DNA of 63,304 nucleotides, filler included, from Hausera hauseri (lineage: Eukaryota), in the NCBI GenBank assembly GCA_046269625.1. It is 12 parts of 12 records of this genome, joined end to end, with 100 filler letters (N's around TTAATTAATTAA, not from the genome) between each part and the next. Parts side by side here need not be neighbours in the genome. Positions count along the whole stretch, not along the records: positions 35,794 to 39,894 come from JBJURY010761984.1; positions 39,995 to 45,930 come from JBJURY010165976.1; positions 46,031 to 50,082 come from JBJURY010792646.1; 9 more parts are not named here. One strand, given 5' to 3'. The notes beneath the pieces were generated by a model. The model worked only from the letters and a program-made list of their open reading frames with translations. It searched no databases and was not told the origin of the DNA. This document shows positions 35,794-49,000 of this stretch, one piece after another. Each line of letters begins with the position of its first letter. Positions within the stretch are counted from its first letter, which is position 1. The translations under genes and the position numbers were made by a program.

Positions 35794-38700
35794 TAGTGGG
35801 TACCATTTAGGCATTTTTTGCTCCTACAAATCGATTTCGTCATTGGAACCAGGTTTCTTTTTTAATGGAATGGTTAATCTTACGGGTTTTGCTCTACCTA
35901 CATCTTCCTCGTTTTGGGCGATAATTGACTTATATTTGCATAATAATTCGTAAAATTGACAATATGCTTCTGCTGAAAATTTTGCCTTAACATGAGATGG
36001 AAACTCGTCATATTTGTAGGGTTTTTCTTCGATTGTTATTGCCGATACTTTATAAGTATGACCCAATGTAGTATTGGCATACAACTTTACGGGAGTTGGC
36101 GCGTTATTAACCAATCTGACTGGTACTCTTCCCGTCGTTACTCTTGTCAAAATGTTACTGAGTATAATATTTGGGTTAACGTCTCCTTGTGGCTCGAAGT
36201 ATACTGGTTGATCATCCTCCTCGCGTATTTGAGCATAAATTAGAATTTCGGTTCTGGGCGAAATATTTTCGTCGACGGGAATCCATACTTCTCCTAGTTT
36301 TCTCTCTTTCATTGCCTTAATACCTTTCACTGGTTTGAGTTCTAGTACTTTCCCCGTATGTAAATTTATTGCGATATTGGGTAATTGTTTTAGTATGTAA
36401 CAACCTAACACTACATCATCGGTTAGTTGGTCCATTACGGCGAACTCGTGTCGAAGAATTTGGCCCATTAATTGGACTAAGGGCCTCCATTTAAATTTCG
36501 GTTTGGATTCTTGCCCGAAGACTCTGATAATAATGATGGCTGTAGTTGTTTCTGGAGTGTTGGCGGTATTGATTTCTCTGATCCGGTGTCGATTAAGGCA
36601 TAGACTTCCCAATCTTCAATGGTAACTTTAGTGAAGGGTCGCCCTACCATAACTGTTCCATAACAACTTGACACGTCCTTTGCTCGTTTAATTGAAGAAA
36701 TCTTATGTCCGTTTACCGTTATTTCTGGCGATGAAATAATATTTTCGGTCAACTGTTTCAGTTCTTCATTCGGGTATAAGTCATTAATCGCTATGCTATT
36801 CTCACTGTTTCTAATTAATGGTTCTTGTGCTATTGGATTTTGGGGCGTTTTCATTTCTTGTATTTCCCAGACTGTTCATCTTGTCTCTATATTACGAGCT
36901 ATTCTCGGTGAGTACAATAACCTATGGTCATTTTCCGCTTGTCATTGATTATTGATCTGCATTTTCTTTAATACTCCGTATTGTTTTGTTCCTTCGTAAG
37001 GGTCCTCATAGTTAAAAGGTTTCCGATGGAATTTCAATTTGCATGACACCATAGATGTTCTATCGCAGTCTTCATATATTGGAGCTGTTGATGGAATGAT
37101 GGGCCAGGGTGCCTTAATTACTGAATACATCTTGTGTCTGTTTTGTCTGAGGATCGCTTCTCCTCCCTTAGGCTCGTTATTATCGAAGTAACTCTTTGTG
37201 TTGTTAATTTCTTAGCTTTGCGCTTTGACAGAAATGTGGGTCTTTCTTGTCGTTTATAATTATGGTTGCCGATATGGCGTTCAACGTCATTTTTATATCG
37301 GTTTTCTTCGTATGCTTTAAGCATTTTGCCGAACGTTGAGATAATTGCGGTTAAGATTTTGCAGGAAAATCTTGTTAGCGTAAATATTTCGTACCCGTTT
37401 ATAACCGCTTGGATTACCGCTTTTACTAGTTGTACCAAGAAATAGATTGCTAAAAATCCAGATTCAGCTTGTCCAAAGATTAAAAATCTTTATAGAGTAT
37501 TTCTGTGGTTACCCGTTGGTAATGGGTTGCACCAAACAAGGATTCCCATTTAGCCTGGTAGCGGGTATCATCTACTACTGATGCCATAACTCGGTTTAAT
37601 TCGTGTGTACGTTGCCGTGGAAAAGCGAGAAATTGTCGAAAAGCTTCAATCTCTCTGGGCCTGTAAATACCCTTTTCAGACGTGTCCTAAAATTTGTCAT
37701 CAGTAATTCCTTTCGCTAAATTAGTTCTAGTTAGTCTTTTGAGGATGATAGTGACACCTCCATTCGGTAAGCTAACCCAATTCGTTTCGCTACGCCTAAA
37801 CATTGGTTCATCCAAACTTGCCTTACAATCCTTTAATATTGTAGGTTGTGTTGCGTTGTCCAGCAGCAGTCTAGTGAGGGGCGTGGCTAAGCGCGAAGTG
37901 TTCTGATAGATCACAGGAAGTTCTTGTATACACCGGTTTTCTTCGACATTAATTGATACGTCTCTTTTCTCGCACTCGTAGGTCAGTAGGACCGCGCCAG
38001 TAACTAGGCCGAAGATTTCTTCTCTCATGGGAATGATCGGTGAAGCTAACTCAGGGTTCGCATAAATAAGAGCTAATTTTGTCCTCATAATTTCCGTATC
38101 TAATTTGCAGTCATTAGTTATCATTTTTTGATATAGTTCGGCTATCCCGATTTGTCCTTTAAAATAAAAATAATCGTCTCGAGTTTTGAGATAATCTTCG
38201 ATTCTAATATCTTGCGTTTCCAAGTTATATGTCTTCGCGTTTATCTCCGTTTTTGCGACGAAGAACGCTTCGTTGTTAGTGGTAAACATTACTACTTCTC
38301 AACGGGAAATCATTTCCTTTTTATGAATTTCAATCCGTGCTGATCAGAGATTAATATCGTAGGTGTGTGATGCTCTGATACGCCTTCGCGTACCCTTGAA
38401 CTGATATCAGATCTATCTACGTATCGTTTCCCGGTAGTTTCATTAAATTTTAATTCCTTAATGTTAATAAAGTTACAACCTTTTCCAGTGGGCGGTTCCC
38501 ATATGACGACTGAACTTCTAAAGGCACAGGTTCCATCCTGTATATGACACTTTTGGTTCTCAGTATATAGCTTAGTAACGCTATGAAACATCACCTTCTG
38601 TACTCGCATTTCCGATTCGTAAAAGTCTACTACTACTACGCTTGCTTCTAATCCCTTTCCGGTGTCATATTCCGCTCCACTACAGTGCCCGTTGTGCATA

Positions 38701-39894
38701 TCTAACCTTCCGAATACTATCTTGTATGCTCTGATTATCTTTCCGGGCTGCATTTCTAATTCCATACTATCCCATTTTAGTCTCCCTGTTTCTTTGGCCT
38801 GTCTGCAATGTTGCCTTTCTAAATTCATTGGAATTGAAGAGGTCGTTGGTTTGATTATAGAGAAGTGTCCGTGCATTAGTCCACAGTGGAAGATGCTACG
38901 AGATCGTCTCAGCATACATTCCATGCCATCCAAAAATATCAACTCTTGTTGTTGGTATAGGAAATAGCACTTCTTTTTTCCAATTTATGTGGTCTGGCAT
39001 CCTCACGTGCTTCTAAGTCCATTAGTGAGTATTTTTGTACAAGCTGAAATCTATCGCAATCGTAGACAGTGACAGCACCCATCTGTTTTATTAACATCCT
39101 TATAGTGAGCAAACTGATTAACCAGTTAGATTCATTCTTCCGGTAGTTATTATCCGTTGTCGTCAAGTTCAGTATGATGTCTCCGAATCCATTACTACTG
39201 TTCCTCTTATCGTCTTCCTTGTCAAACAATTTTGGCCAATTCAATTCATACGGGAGCTTTCTAGATGCTTTCCGCGCCAAACTTGTAGCTCGATTTAGTT
39301 CATTTTCTCGATTTGGATTTGTCTTAATTGCCAAGTACAATAATACTTAGCTCTTCTGTCGTATTTTCCACCATAATTTTCTCAACTACTGCGTCGTCAG
39401 TTAGGCTGCTTTTTGACAGCTTGAAGTGCGAATTTATCATTGTGCTAGCTGCGTTAAATATCGCCTTTTCTTTATCATCTAATGTATCTCCGCGAAGACT
39501 TGAATAATTTACAATACGTATTAAATTCTTCATTAACTCGTTTAACTCTTCATGGTCGGCGCTAAAGGTACGAATCGACATCTGTTTCAGCTCTCTAATT
39601 AACTCTCCGTTATAGTTAACTTCTTCTCGGGCCTTCCTAGGTCTACCAACTGGGTGTTTTGGCTTTTGGACATTGGTTATCATTCCAGTTATTGGCACTA
39701 GATTCTTGTCATATTGTTCCTTGTCTTCATCTGTATGTAAATACTCGAAATACATCGCCTCATCTAGTACTCCCATGATTTGCCCTACGCATTGTTCCGT
39801 TTTAGCCTTCCGCGTGGCTTCTTTTGTCTGTTCATTAGCTATTATTACTACTATTCGATTTGTTTCGTCGGGAATAATTCCAACATCTACTAGT
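35794..39894 (-). mobile_element. Gypsy family B copy 2: unknown ORF - full-length glycoprotein - linker - protease - start of RT
   Basis: VYALIDTGSEKS near 36590. The post-protease domain is closely similar to copy 1, and the glycoprotein lies upstream. Confidence 0.88.
37300..39124 (-). pseudogene. Chuvirus-like (class III, gB-related) envelope glycoprotein
   Basis: Signal-like WLISLLTIRMLIKQMGA then VYDC..YSL.D; ECMLRRSR.IFHCG; GHCSGAEY; C...DGTC; VIWEP; C.....RTKLAL..ANP; G.V.G.V...YECE......C..ELPV.Y......P.TR.L; TM FG...SGFLAIYF...VK..I..VINGY. This Cys and TM pattern is that of chuvirus G and G-like endogenous elements. Confidence 0.75.
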
Positions 39895-39994
39895 NNNNNN
39901 NNNNNNNNNNNNNNNNNNNNNNNNNNNNNNNNNNNNNNTTAATTAATTAANNNNNNNNNNNNNNNNNNNNNNNNNNNNNNNNNNNNNNNNNNNN

Positions 39995-40487
39995 TTGTAT
40001 GGGAGAAGGTTTACACTGAGGACGGATCACAAGGCCATTACCTTCATGTTGAAAACGAAAAAGCCGATAACAGGATAATTCCAAACCTGGATAAACTATT
40101 TATCAAGCCTAGACATAAGACTGGAATACAGGAAAGGGAACAGATCATGCAAACGATGACATGTTATCCCGGACCAATTGCGGCACATGCAGTCAATGCA
40201 TGTTAGCTCACGAAAAGACCAAAAGCCATAAGATCAAGACTCGAAGGATAAACGCAGTAGAATCGACAGAAGCATATCCATATCAAAGAGGCAGCAAAAA
40301 ATGTAAGAAATAAAAGAAGACATCTCAAAGGAAGAGCATTGGAAATTCATAGTAGAAAATGGAATAATGAAGACAAGAAAAGGCAAGATATGGATACCAA
40401 CTGATAAGAGGGGAGAAATGATAAAGCAATGTCACGTCATGCTATCCCATGCTGGAATAGAAAAATTAACAAAATACATAAGCAGTA
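39995..40487 (+). mobile_element. Fragment of another Gypsy element (RNase H end, integrase zinc domain)
   Basis: TDHKAITFM, QTWINYLSS, IWIP...R.EMIKQCHVMLSHAG. Cut by a Tigger insertion. Confidence 0.7.
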
Positions 40488-42854
40488 CAGTGGTACCTCG
40501 GTTTACGAACTTAATCCGTTCCAGGATTGTGTTCGTAAACCGAAACGTTCGTTAACCGAAGCATCAATTACAATAGAAATGTATATAAATGCGATTAATT
40601 CGTTCCAATATAAAAATTTTTGTTCGTAAACCGAATTTTTCTTAACTTTAGCGTTCGTAAACCGAGGTTTAACTATAAATTTATTTTTAATTTAAGGTGT
40701 AAAAAATATCGTAATGCTTATATTTTTATAAAACACAGTTTTTGAAAAGAAACAGTTTTATTTAGGTCAATAATTTATTGCTGAAAAGGATCAACATTAA
40801 TTTCATCGGTGGTTTTTCTTTGTCTCTTGGTTTCTTTTTCTCCTGAGATTTTCGTCAAAAATGTATCGAGAGTAGTCTGTATTCTCCTTCTTTTTAGAGT
40901 CTCTTTAAAATATGATATTGCATTATCATTCATAATATTGATTGCTCGGTTTACATCAAATTTGTTTGGATGGTACTTTTCAACAAATTTAAGTACTTCG
41001 GTCCACTTATCGCAAATATCTTTAATGGTGGCACTTGTGATATATTCTTCATGTTCATCCTCAGATAACAGGTCCTTTTCAAACACTTCCTGCTTCTCAC
41101 ACGAAAGCATTTGAAGGTCTTCTGTGGTATACTTCTCGTCTGAGTCTAATACTATCTCCTCTACATCAGCATTGTTTACTTCTAAACCCATGTTTTGGGC
41201 CATTGACACAATATCCTCTACTGCATCAACTTCGGACTTGGCTTCAGAAGGGCCAACACATATTTCTATCAAACAATCCGGCCAAAGATTTTTCCATGCC
41301 TTGTTCAAGGTACGACAAGTAACACCAATCCATGCTTTATCAATAAAATTTATGCAGTGAAGGATATTAAAATGTTCCTTCCAAAATTCTCTTAGAGTTA
41401 AGTCAGTATCATTGGTAATTTCAAAACATTTTGAAAATAATTCTTTCATGTACAATTTCTTAAAATTTGCAATCACTTCTTGATCCATAGGCTGAATCAA
41501 AGGAGTTGTATTAGGCGGAAGATACATGACTTTTATGAAGTCAAGTTCATCAATCGAATCATCTTCAATATTACGAGGATGTGAAGGAGCATTATCCATG
41601 ATGAGAAGACACTTAATTGGTAAATTATTTTCCTGCAAATATTTTCGCACACCTGGTGCAAATACATCACGCAACCAATCCATAAAAAAAGCTTTGTCAT
41701 CCAAGCTTTAGTGTTTGATTTCCAAACCACAGGCAATTTAGACTTATCCACATTTTTCTTTTTAAAAACTCGTGGGTTTTCTGAGTGGTACACCAGCATC
41801 GGCTTCACTTTAAAATCTCCGCTTGCATTGCTACATAGTAAAAGAGTTAACCTTTCTTTCATTGGCTTATGTCCGGGCATTGATTTTTCCTCCTGTGTAA
41901 TAAAGGTTCTATTGGGCATTCGCTTCCAAAAAAGTCCAGTCTCATCACAATTAAAAACTTGCTGTGAAACATAACCCTCATTTGCAATGAACTCTATAAA
42001 CTCTTTTTTAAATATTTCTGCGGCTTGGAGGTCTGAACTCGAAGCTTCTCCATGTCTAACCACACTATGAATACCACTTCTTTTACGAAACTTTTCGAAC
42101 CATCCCCTACTAGCCTTAAAAAGCTCATTACCAATGACATTGTTTTCAGAGGCCTGCTTAAATAAATCTTTATGTAATTGGTTGGCTTTTTCACGTATTA
42201 TCAATTCACTAATACTATCACCAGAAAGCTGTTTCTGATTTATCCAAATCAATAATAATTTCTCTACCTCCTCTATTATTTGCGATCTTTGTTTTGTCAA
42301 GACATTCACGCCCTTTGCAACATTGGCTACCTTAATTAAATCTTTGTTTTTTAAAATTGTGCTAACCGTTGATTTCGTTAAATTAAAATCTCTTGCAATA
42401 TTGGTTGTACGAATGCCCATCTCATGTTTCTTAACAATTTCTTTCTTTTTTTCAATTGATATTTTGCGGCGTTTTGAATAAAATTTTGATGGTACCATGA
42501 AGGGATAAGAACTAAAAAATAAAACATCATCACAAATAATATAACAAACCATTAATTAAACTATTAAGATAAATCATGCATTAAATTATTAAGATTAACT
42601 ATTAATTACAATAAATATCATAACCCGTGTTTATTTAAATTTATGTGATATGTTTTAAAATAGTTTACATTAAAATGGTTTATTTAAACACTAAAAATTT
42701 AAAATATCTACGTTTTTGTTATTTTATATTTTGATGTTCGTAAACCAAAGCATGTTTGTAAACCGAGACAAAATTGACAAAAACTTTTCGAAAATTTTTG
42801 TTCGTAAACCGAATTGTTTGTAAACCGAGACGTTCGTAAACCGAGGTACCACTG
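40488..42854 (-). mobile_element. Tigger/pogo DNA transposon, full length (2367 bp)
   Basis: 23-bp TIRs CAGTGGTACCTCGGTTTACGAAC, TA on both sides, subterminal GTTCGTAAACCGA repeats. Confidence 0.95.
40775..42499 (-). pseudogene. Tigger transposase (CENP-B HTH + DD36D), one frameshift near 41700
   Basis: FKASRGWFEKF, HGEA.S.D, NCDETGLFWK, MDNAPSH, QPMDQ. The frame break falls in an A/T homopolymer run. Confidence 0.92.
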
Positions 42855-42967
42855 TATCTTTTGAGCAGTAACCCAAAAGAACTTTTTGCTGATCAATGTA
42901 CGTTACATAATTAAAAATTACATGTTTGTTTATATAATTAATTTCTGGCGCTTAATTGAAATTGATT

Positions 42968-44248
42968 ATGAAAGTTGCTGAAGTTAATCAATGTAGTATA
43001 CCATTTTGGTACAAAGCCCTTGCTGCGTATACAGTTCCATGGTTATTTATCATGTTCTTAAATTATTATTTGTATGTTTAGCACTTTTATCGAACTGCCA
43101 AAGGAATTTGTGGAATATTTACTGAAAGACGGAATAATTTGTCCAAAAGGATGGTCTGTATTATCTTTCAGACCATTCAAATGTTATTTTTGTTAATTTT
43201 AGGGATGATGAAAATGCTGAAGAAGTTTGATGACTTGTATTTTATTTCATAAATCTCTTAGATAGAATTTGAGGACATTTATAAAAGCATTCGGAAAACG
43301 ATAAAAGTTCTCGGATGTGTCTTTCCAAAACTCAATTGGTCCGCTCCAAAGGAAGCATCGTACATGACATGTGGTGGATTGTTTCAGTGTTATACACCGT
43401 CGGATGTCGTATCGTTGTTGAAGGCGTCGGAGTTGGTTTTTTTCGATTTAATAACGCCGTTTGTTTTATTGTTGTGCATTTTGATCATTTGAGAATTTCT
43501 AAAGATATTTGCATTGCACTGATAAAGATGAAATGCCAAATGGCGGTTGTCAATATGTGTTAGTGCTTAAGAAATGGACGAACATATCGCGATTTAATGA
43601 ATTTCGCTGCTTCGTACGTAATTCCGTCTTAATTGGTAAATGGAGATTGTTGTTGTTGTTTATGAATTAAATGTTGAATGAATCAGCTATCAGCCAACGA
43701 CACGCAGATGAATTCAGCGATACTGTCGTACAGAATATCGACGAAATTGTCGGTAAAATTTCGTCATTTTATCGCCGGGTTATGACGAAAAAATTTTCAT
43801 TAGAGAACTGTAAGTTTTTTTCTATCTAGCAGATAATGTGATAATCTACAATGTTAGACGTATTTGATGTTTACGTGCCTGAGGAAATTCTACTTATTGA
43901 TATCAATGTCTACTCGTCAGATATCACCGAATCTTGCTTGTTTGATTGGACAACTCTAAATAATGTTCGCTCTCATTTTTTTATCCGTTTATATTTTGTT
44001 ATTCTCTCAGATCGACAGTTCTGCTGACAATCTGCCGCTGGTGGAATTTGTCCGCAATGGCGGCAACGTTGTGCCGAATGATCCCCGACAATATTCGCGA
44101 GACTAGTTGAAATGGATTTTCTGTAGGAAAATGTTGTATCCGGAAATCTGTTTCAGTATTTACAGACGGTTTAGTTTGTGTTCGTTGCCAAATCAATGTG
44201 TTGGTTTAGATGGCGCAGACACAGTCAGGCAGTGATAATGAAGAGTGA
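42968..44248 (+). CDS. CDC123: Cell division cycle protein 123 (D123 family), multi-exon host gene
   Basis: MKVAEVNQCSIPFWY, IELPKEFVEYLLKDG, VFPKLNWSAPK, LLKAS, VLKKW....FNEFRCFVRN, ISQR, VFDVY..LLIDIN. GT-AG introns at e.g. 43636-43686 and 43810-43857; AATAAA at 44251. Confidence 0.9.
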
Positions 44249-45329
44249 CTAATAAAATAGTCTTTTTCTTTTATGATGAATGAAATTGAGAAGGAATACG
44301 TCAATATTTTTTTGAACTGTAAAGTACTGTTTGCACACAAACAAATTTTCTTTAGCAATGATGTTGTATACTTGTAAAATAAAAGTCAGGTGTAATAAGT
44401 GTAATTTATGGATACATATACAAGTGTTCAATTTTTATTGTTTACGAGAAAAAACGAAATCGCTTACAGGATATTTCAAATGTTGTGGGAAATTAGTTTG
44501 GGTTGTATCAAATATCGACTTCGTTGGGTAAATTAGTCATTTGAGGAAAATGCGATAAATTATTGTCTCCATTTCTGATTTTATACCTGTCTTTATCGTC
44601 TGCAAATTGTAGAAGATAAGTTTTATGTCAGATTATTTATTGAGAGAAATACTGCGTTTTAGGTTTTTGACTCAAAACAATTGAAATTGTATGAATCAAT
44701 TTATTCAATAAAATAAGTTCATATAATTTTTTGTAATGTCCAAACGTATACTACCGTTTACGTTTAATAAATGTCAACTCATTTTAATTTATTTTGTTAA
44801 TGTAACATTTTACAACTTCTAGCAATCTGTGTAATCATTTTTGAACCAAACAAAATCTATATTTCAGTGAATTGCCGAATTGCTTTACGTTTGGTCACAT
44901 TTGTTTTATTTATAGACACAGAGGTGTGCCGAAGATGGGTTTTAGTAGTTAAAGCTATCCTATGAAATCTGAATTCAAAGTTTTCCCATGTTTTATCGCC
45001 TGATTTATAGTTAATTTCGTGAGTAATTAAATTAAGAATTGCATGAAGCAGTAGTATATGTGCATTGAAATTATCTGTTTTAAATTTTTCTGAAGCCAAA
45101 AAAAATGCTAAAGTATTGTTTCAGAAAGGATAAAACTTTTGATTGAAGCCGTGAATTTTAATTATTTTTATTTTTATTAGATAAAAATTTCGTCGTCTTC
45201 AGATTTGGAGCAATTATTAATTGATAAGAAAGTCGAAAATTATGGCGAATTTGTTGAATTTTGGTATTTCGATGTCAGCAATTATTTAGCATGTTTACAA
45301 CCTCGAGACTGTGTACATTGCGAGGCTGC

Positions 45330-45930
45330 ATGGGGCGCACTCGCCACCCATAAAAGATAGCACGGTGAGCGCCGGTTTCGGCCCTGTGGGTTCGATTCCC
45401 ACCTGTCTTGTTGTGGTGTTTGTGCCATATGCAGCCATGCACTTCAGTGAATGGTGTCGAGGTGGAACATGTCGATTGGTGTTAGCGAGCTCCGTATGAG
45501 TTGTGTGGCATGATCATCGATTGTTAAAAGCGGTATGGGCGAGTGTCGATTCGGCACTGTGGGTTTGATCCCCACCTGCTTTAATGCGACGTTTATGCCA
45601 CATGCGATCGAGCACGCTTTCATTCGACCTTGTAGGGTTTTTATTGTAGTCGAGGTATCTTCGATGCACTCCTGGTGCGGCTTGATACCGGTGCGGCAGG
45701 GGTTTTGCTCCTTATTGTCGTGCGTTCCGTTTCCGGAAGTACTGGCGTTGGAGTAATATGTATTTCGGTTTGGACCGGGGTTGGCTCATGTGCTACGAGA
45801 TTGTCCATGTTGAATGGATCAATTCTGTCGTAGTTCTCGCGAAGCTTGTCTCCTTCTGACATGCTTGGTTCGTCTTGATGGGCATGATCTTCGGTATCGG
45901 AATCATGATAGCCGAATGCCGGTTTTACGT
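45330..45930 (-). mobile_element. Probable 3' end of a Gypsy element (integrase tail and 3' UTR with two imperfect repeats)
   Basis: VKPAF at the contig edge (family A integrases end AKPAF/LNPAF), Pro/Thr-rich tail, PPT-like GGGTGGCGAG near 45340-45349. Confidence 0.4.
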
Positions 45931-46030
45931 NNNNNNNNNNNNNNNNNNNNNNNNNNNNNNNNNNNNNNNNNNNNTTAATTAATTAANNNNNNNNNNNNNN
46001 NNNNNNNNNNNNNNNNNNNNNNNNNNNNNN

Positions 46031-49000
46031 GCACTGAACAAAAGAAAAGCTTAGAAATAGCAATGCAGTCACCAACTACCTTAGAAAAGAGAAAAGTAAT
46101 AAATGGAGTACGAGTCAAATTAAGCCAAGTAATGATAACTTATTTAAGATTCTGGAAACGAAATCATTATGTAAAAGATTACTTCAAAATAAAGTCATAA
46201 AAGAATCAGAGCATCTCGCAGGAAGAGTTAACACCCTTATTAATAAGTTGAAAGCTCTAGGTATAAAAAGTACCGAAGAAAATGAAAAGAAATTAACAAA
46301 GATTCTCAATGAAAGTAACGATTTGTACCAATGTCTAATTGATGATATTGATCTCGATGAGGAACTACACCAACTATTAGAAAGATTAATTTCAATTTGT
46401 AGATATCACATAGAAGAAGGAATAACTGATGATGGGTACCCCCTATGATATCCCATTTAACTATTGATGAACTTACTGACGGAGTAAAACCGACTAAAGA
46501 ATTTGCCAAATGGACAGAAGGAATAAAATCATCGTCCGATTTCAATAAGTTTAATGAAAAGTAAGAAAAGCAGAAGATTTTTAACCTGATTTCTCAAAAG
46601 TGATTGATAAAGAATACATTGCAGCTGAAGAAAGAAGTTTGAGAAAACGTATGGAAAAATTAAAGCCACCTAGATACCATGAATTTTTAACCAAAGAAGA
46701 GAAAAGAAAACAAGAAAAACCAATAAAATATCCAGATATGATTGACAGCGACATGAGTGAAACTATTGAGAATATACCGCCGATACAAAAACGGAAAAAG
46801 CATGCTACAAAGAGAATAAGATTGTACAAACCACAAAAGGCCGGAAAAGAAATAATACGAATGCCAGTAAAGATGGTTCAAGACGCTCTTAAAGACACAA
46901 CTGAGTACGATACACAAGACAGTTTTGAAGAGAATATAAACCTTAATGATTTTCTTGAATATGACTTTGATACCATCCATCTAGATAAATTCAAAGACGA
47001 AGAGATAAATGAAAATGAAGGAATAAAATCAAAACCAACTCTAATTAAGAGAATGACCGCTCTACAAGAATTTTAAGAGGATTTAGATGACTTGCTAATA
47101 TCTTACCTTATTAGAGAGAATAATATTCCTGAAATCGAAGAAGCAGTAGAAGAATTAGCTAAAAAAGCAGCTGACAAATGGAGGTATAATGGTACGCCTC
47201 GAACCTTACTGAAATTGTTAGGAAAATACTATTTAAGTGAAAAGAAATTTATGAATCGGAAAATAACAGTGCGACCTTGGATTGACGACACCTTCTTCCC
47301 AAATCTAGAAATGAGTATTAATAGTCGAGTTGTTGATCTTGAACAAGCAATCAAATCTCAAGCACAGAAACGACTGAAACACCTTAGAATTATATACTAT
47401 GATAGAATTTTGGATCCAGAGGAACTTCTAATAAATGTAGGAATGCTTCCTGATACCATATGTAGTGTCGCAGTAAGACAAACAACAGAATTAACTCCAG
47501 AAGAAGCTAAACGGAAAATTATTAATGGCGAAAATATAACACAAGAAGAAACTATTATGGGAATAAAAGATAAACGAGGATATTTGAAACATCTTAATGA
47601 GACATTAATCGAAAATTTGAATCAACCAAATATTGACACTGATGATCAAGAAGTTGTACAGCCAATTGTAAAGAAAACTTTACTCGATCTAAATAGACGA
47701 AGTAAACGGAATAAAACTATAACGATAGCCAAGAATTTCGCTACCCAAATAATGGAATACGAAACACCAAAATTATACAAAGAGTATAAAGAGGTCAAAC
47801 AATTAGCAAGAGAATTATATTACATTGATATAGGCAAAGATCCAATAAATAATCGTTCTCCTAAATGGAAGAAACGAGTTAAAGAACAATTAAAATTCAT
47901 GAAGAATTACAAGAAAAATTCACAATGTAAAAATTTTACTGACGGTGGCATAATTCAACTCATTTTAGAAAAACCGTCACGTACAAATTTGGAGAAAGTG
48001 GTAATTCTGCTCATTTCCGAAACACCGAGTGAAAGCGAGTTGAAAGCAACAACTGGAAAAATGATCCAAGTTGGCAAATTGATTACACCACAATATGGTA
48101 AATAGAAAGATCTGCTTTTACAAAATGAAGAAGTAACTCAGTCTAAAGTAGGCCAAACTACTATAGGAAAAGCCATTTCTGAAATTACTCAGAATACCCC
48201 TCAAGAGGAAATGGTTCAAGTTGTCATGGAGAAAATGACACAACAAATTCAGAAAGATATACAAAAGACTGACGAAACGAAATCCAATGAATCATTCTTG
48301 CAATTTATTTTGTTTGTATTTATTCTATTTTCCAACTTTAGGAAATTAGGAACTGTAATGGCATATCACTGTGACAAAATCCACGAGGGAAGTTATTATT
48401 CACTCATGGATTTACAATCATGCCCGGATGCACTTCCGAAAAAACTTGAAACCATATCACAAAATTTATATATCGATTACGACAAACTACACTCCACATA
48501 AAAGGATTAGATTGCTCATTGTGAGTATCTCGCAACATCACTTGCTGTGGTCATATACATCACGATTCTTTAATACAGCCAACTACAATGCCTATATATG
48601 TGTCGTGACCGTAAATGTGGACAACGAGTGTTCAGTAAAAATTATGAAAAATATTTTATATCGGAAAAAGAAATTGCACAGGCAGATAATTCGCCAGTTA
48701 ACAGAGCTCAATTAGTGAACATTGCTAACTATATCGCTAACAGAGATGATTTCTTATTTTATCTCACCCACAAAACGATAGAGGAAATATATTCAGAAAC
48801 AATACAAAATATCTGCAGAGCAAATTTCGAGACGTTGAGGAATCGATTGGCTATTTACGCTTCAAATCCAGAAATGATAACGATAACATTACCATTTAGT
48901 GAAGGAATCCTGGGCAGAGTCCTAGGAGAAGTTTTATTTACCTACAAATGTAAGAGATTGGACTTACCATTAGTTAGAGGTACCCCATGTTATTCAAAAG

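Noticed and set aside
44300-45300. Possible host gene fragments downstream of CDC123
   Set aside because: Only short AT-rich ORFs with no recognisable motif are present.
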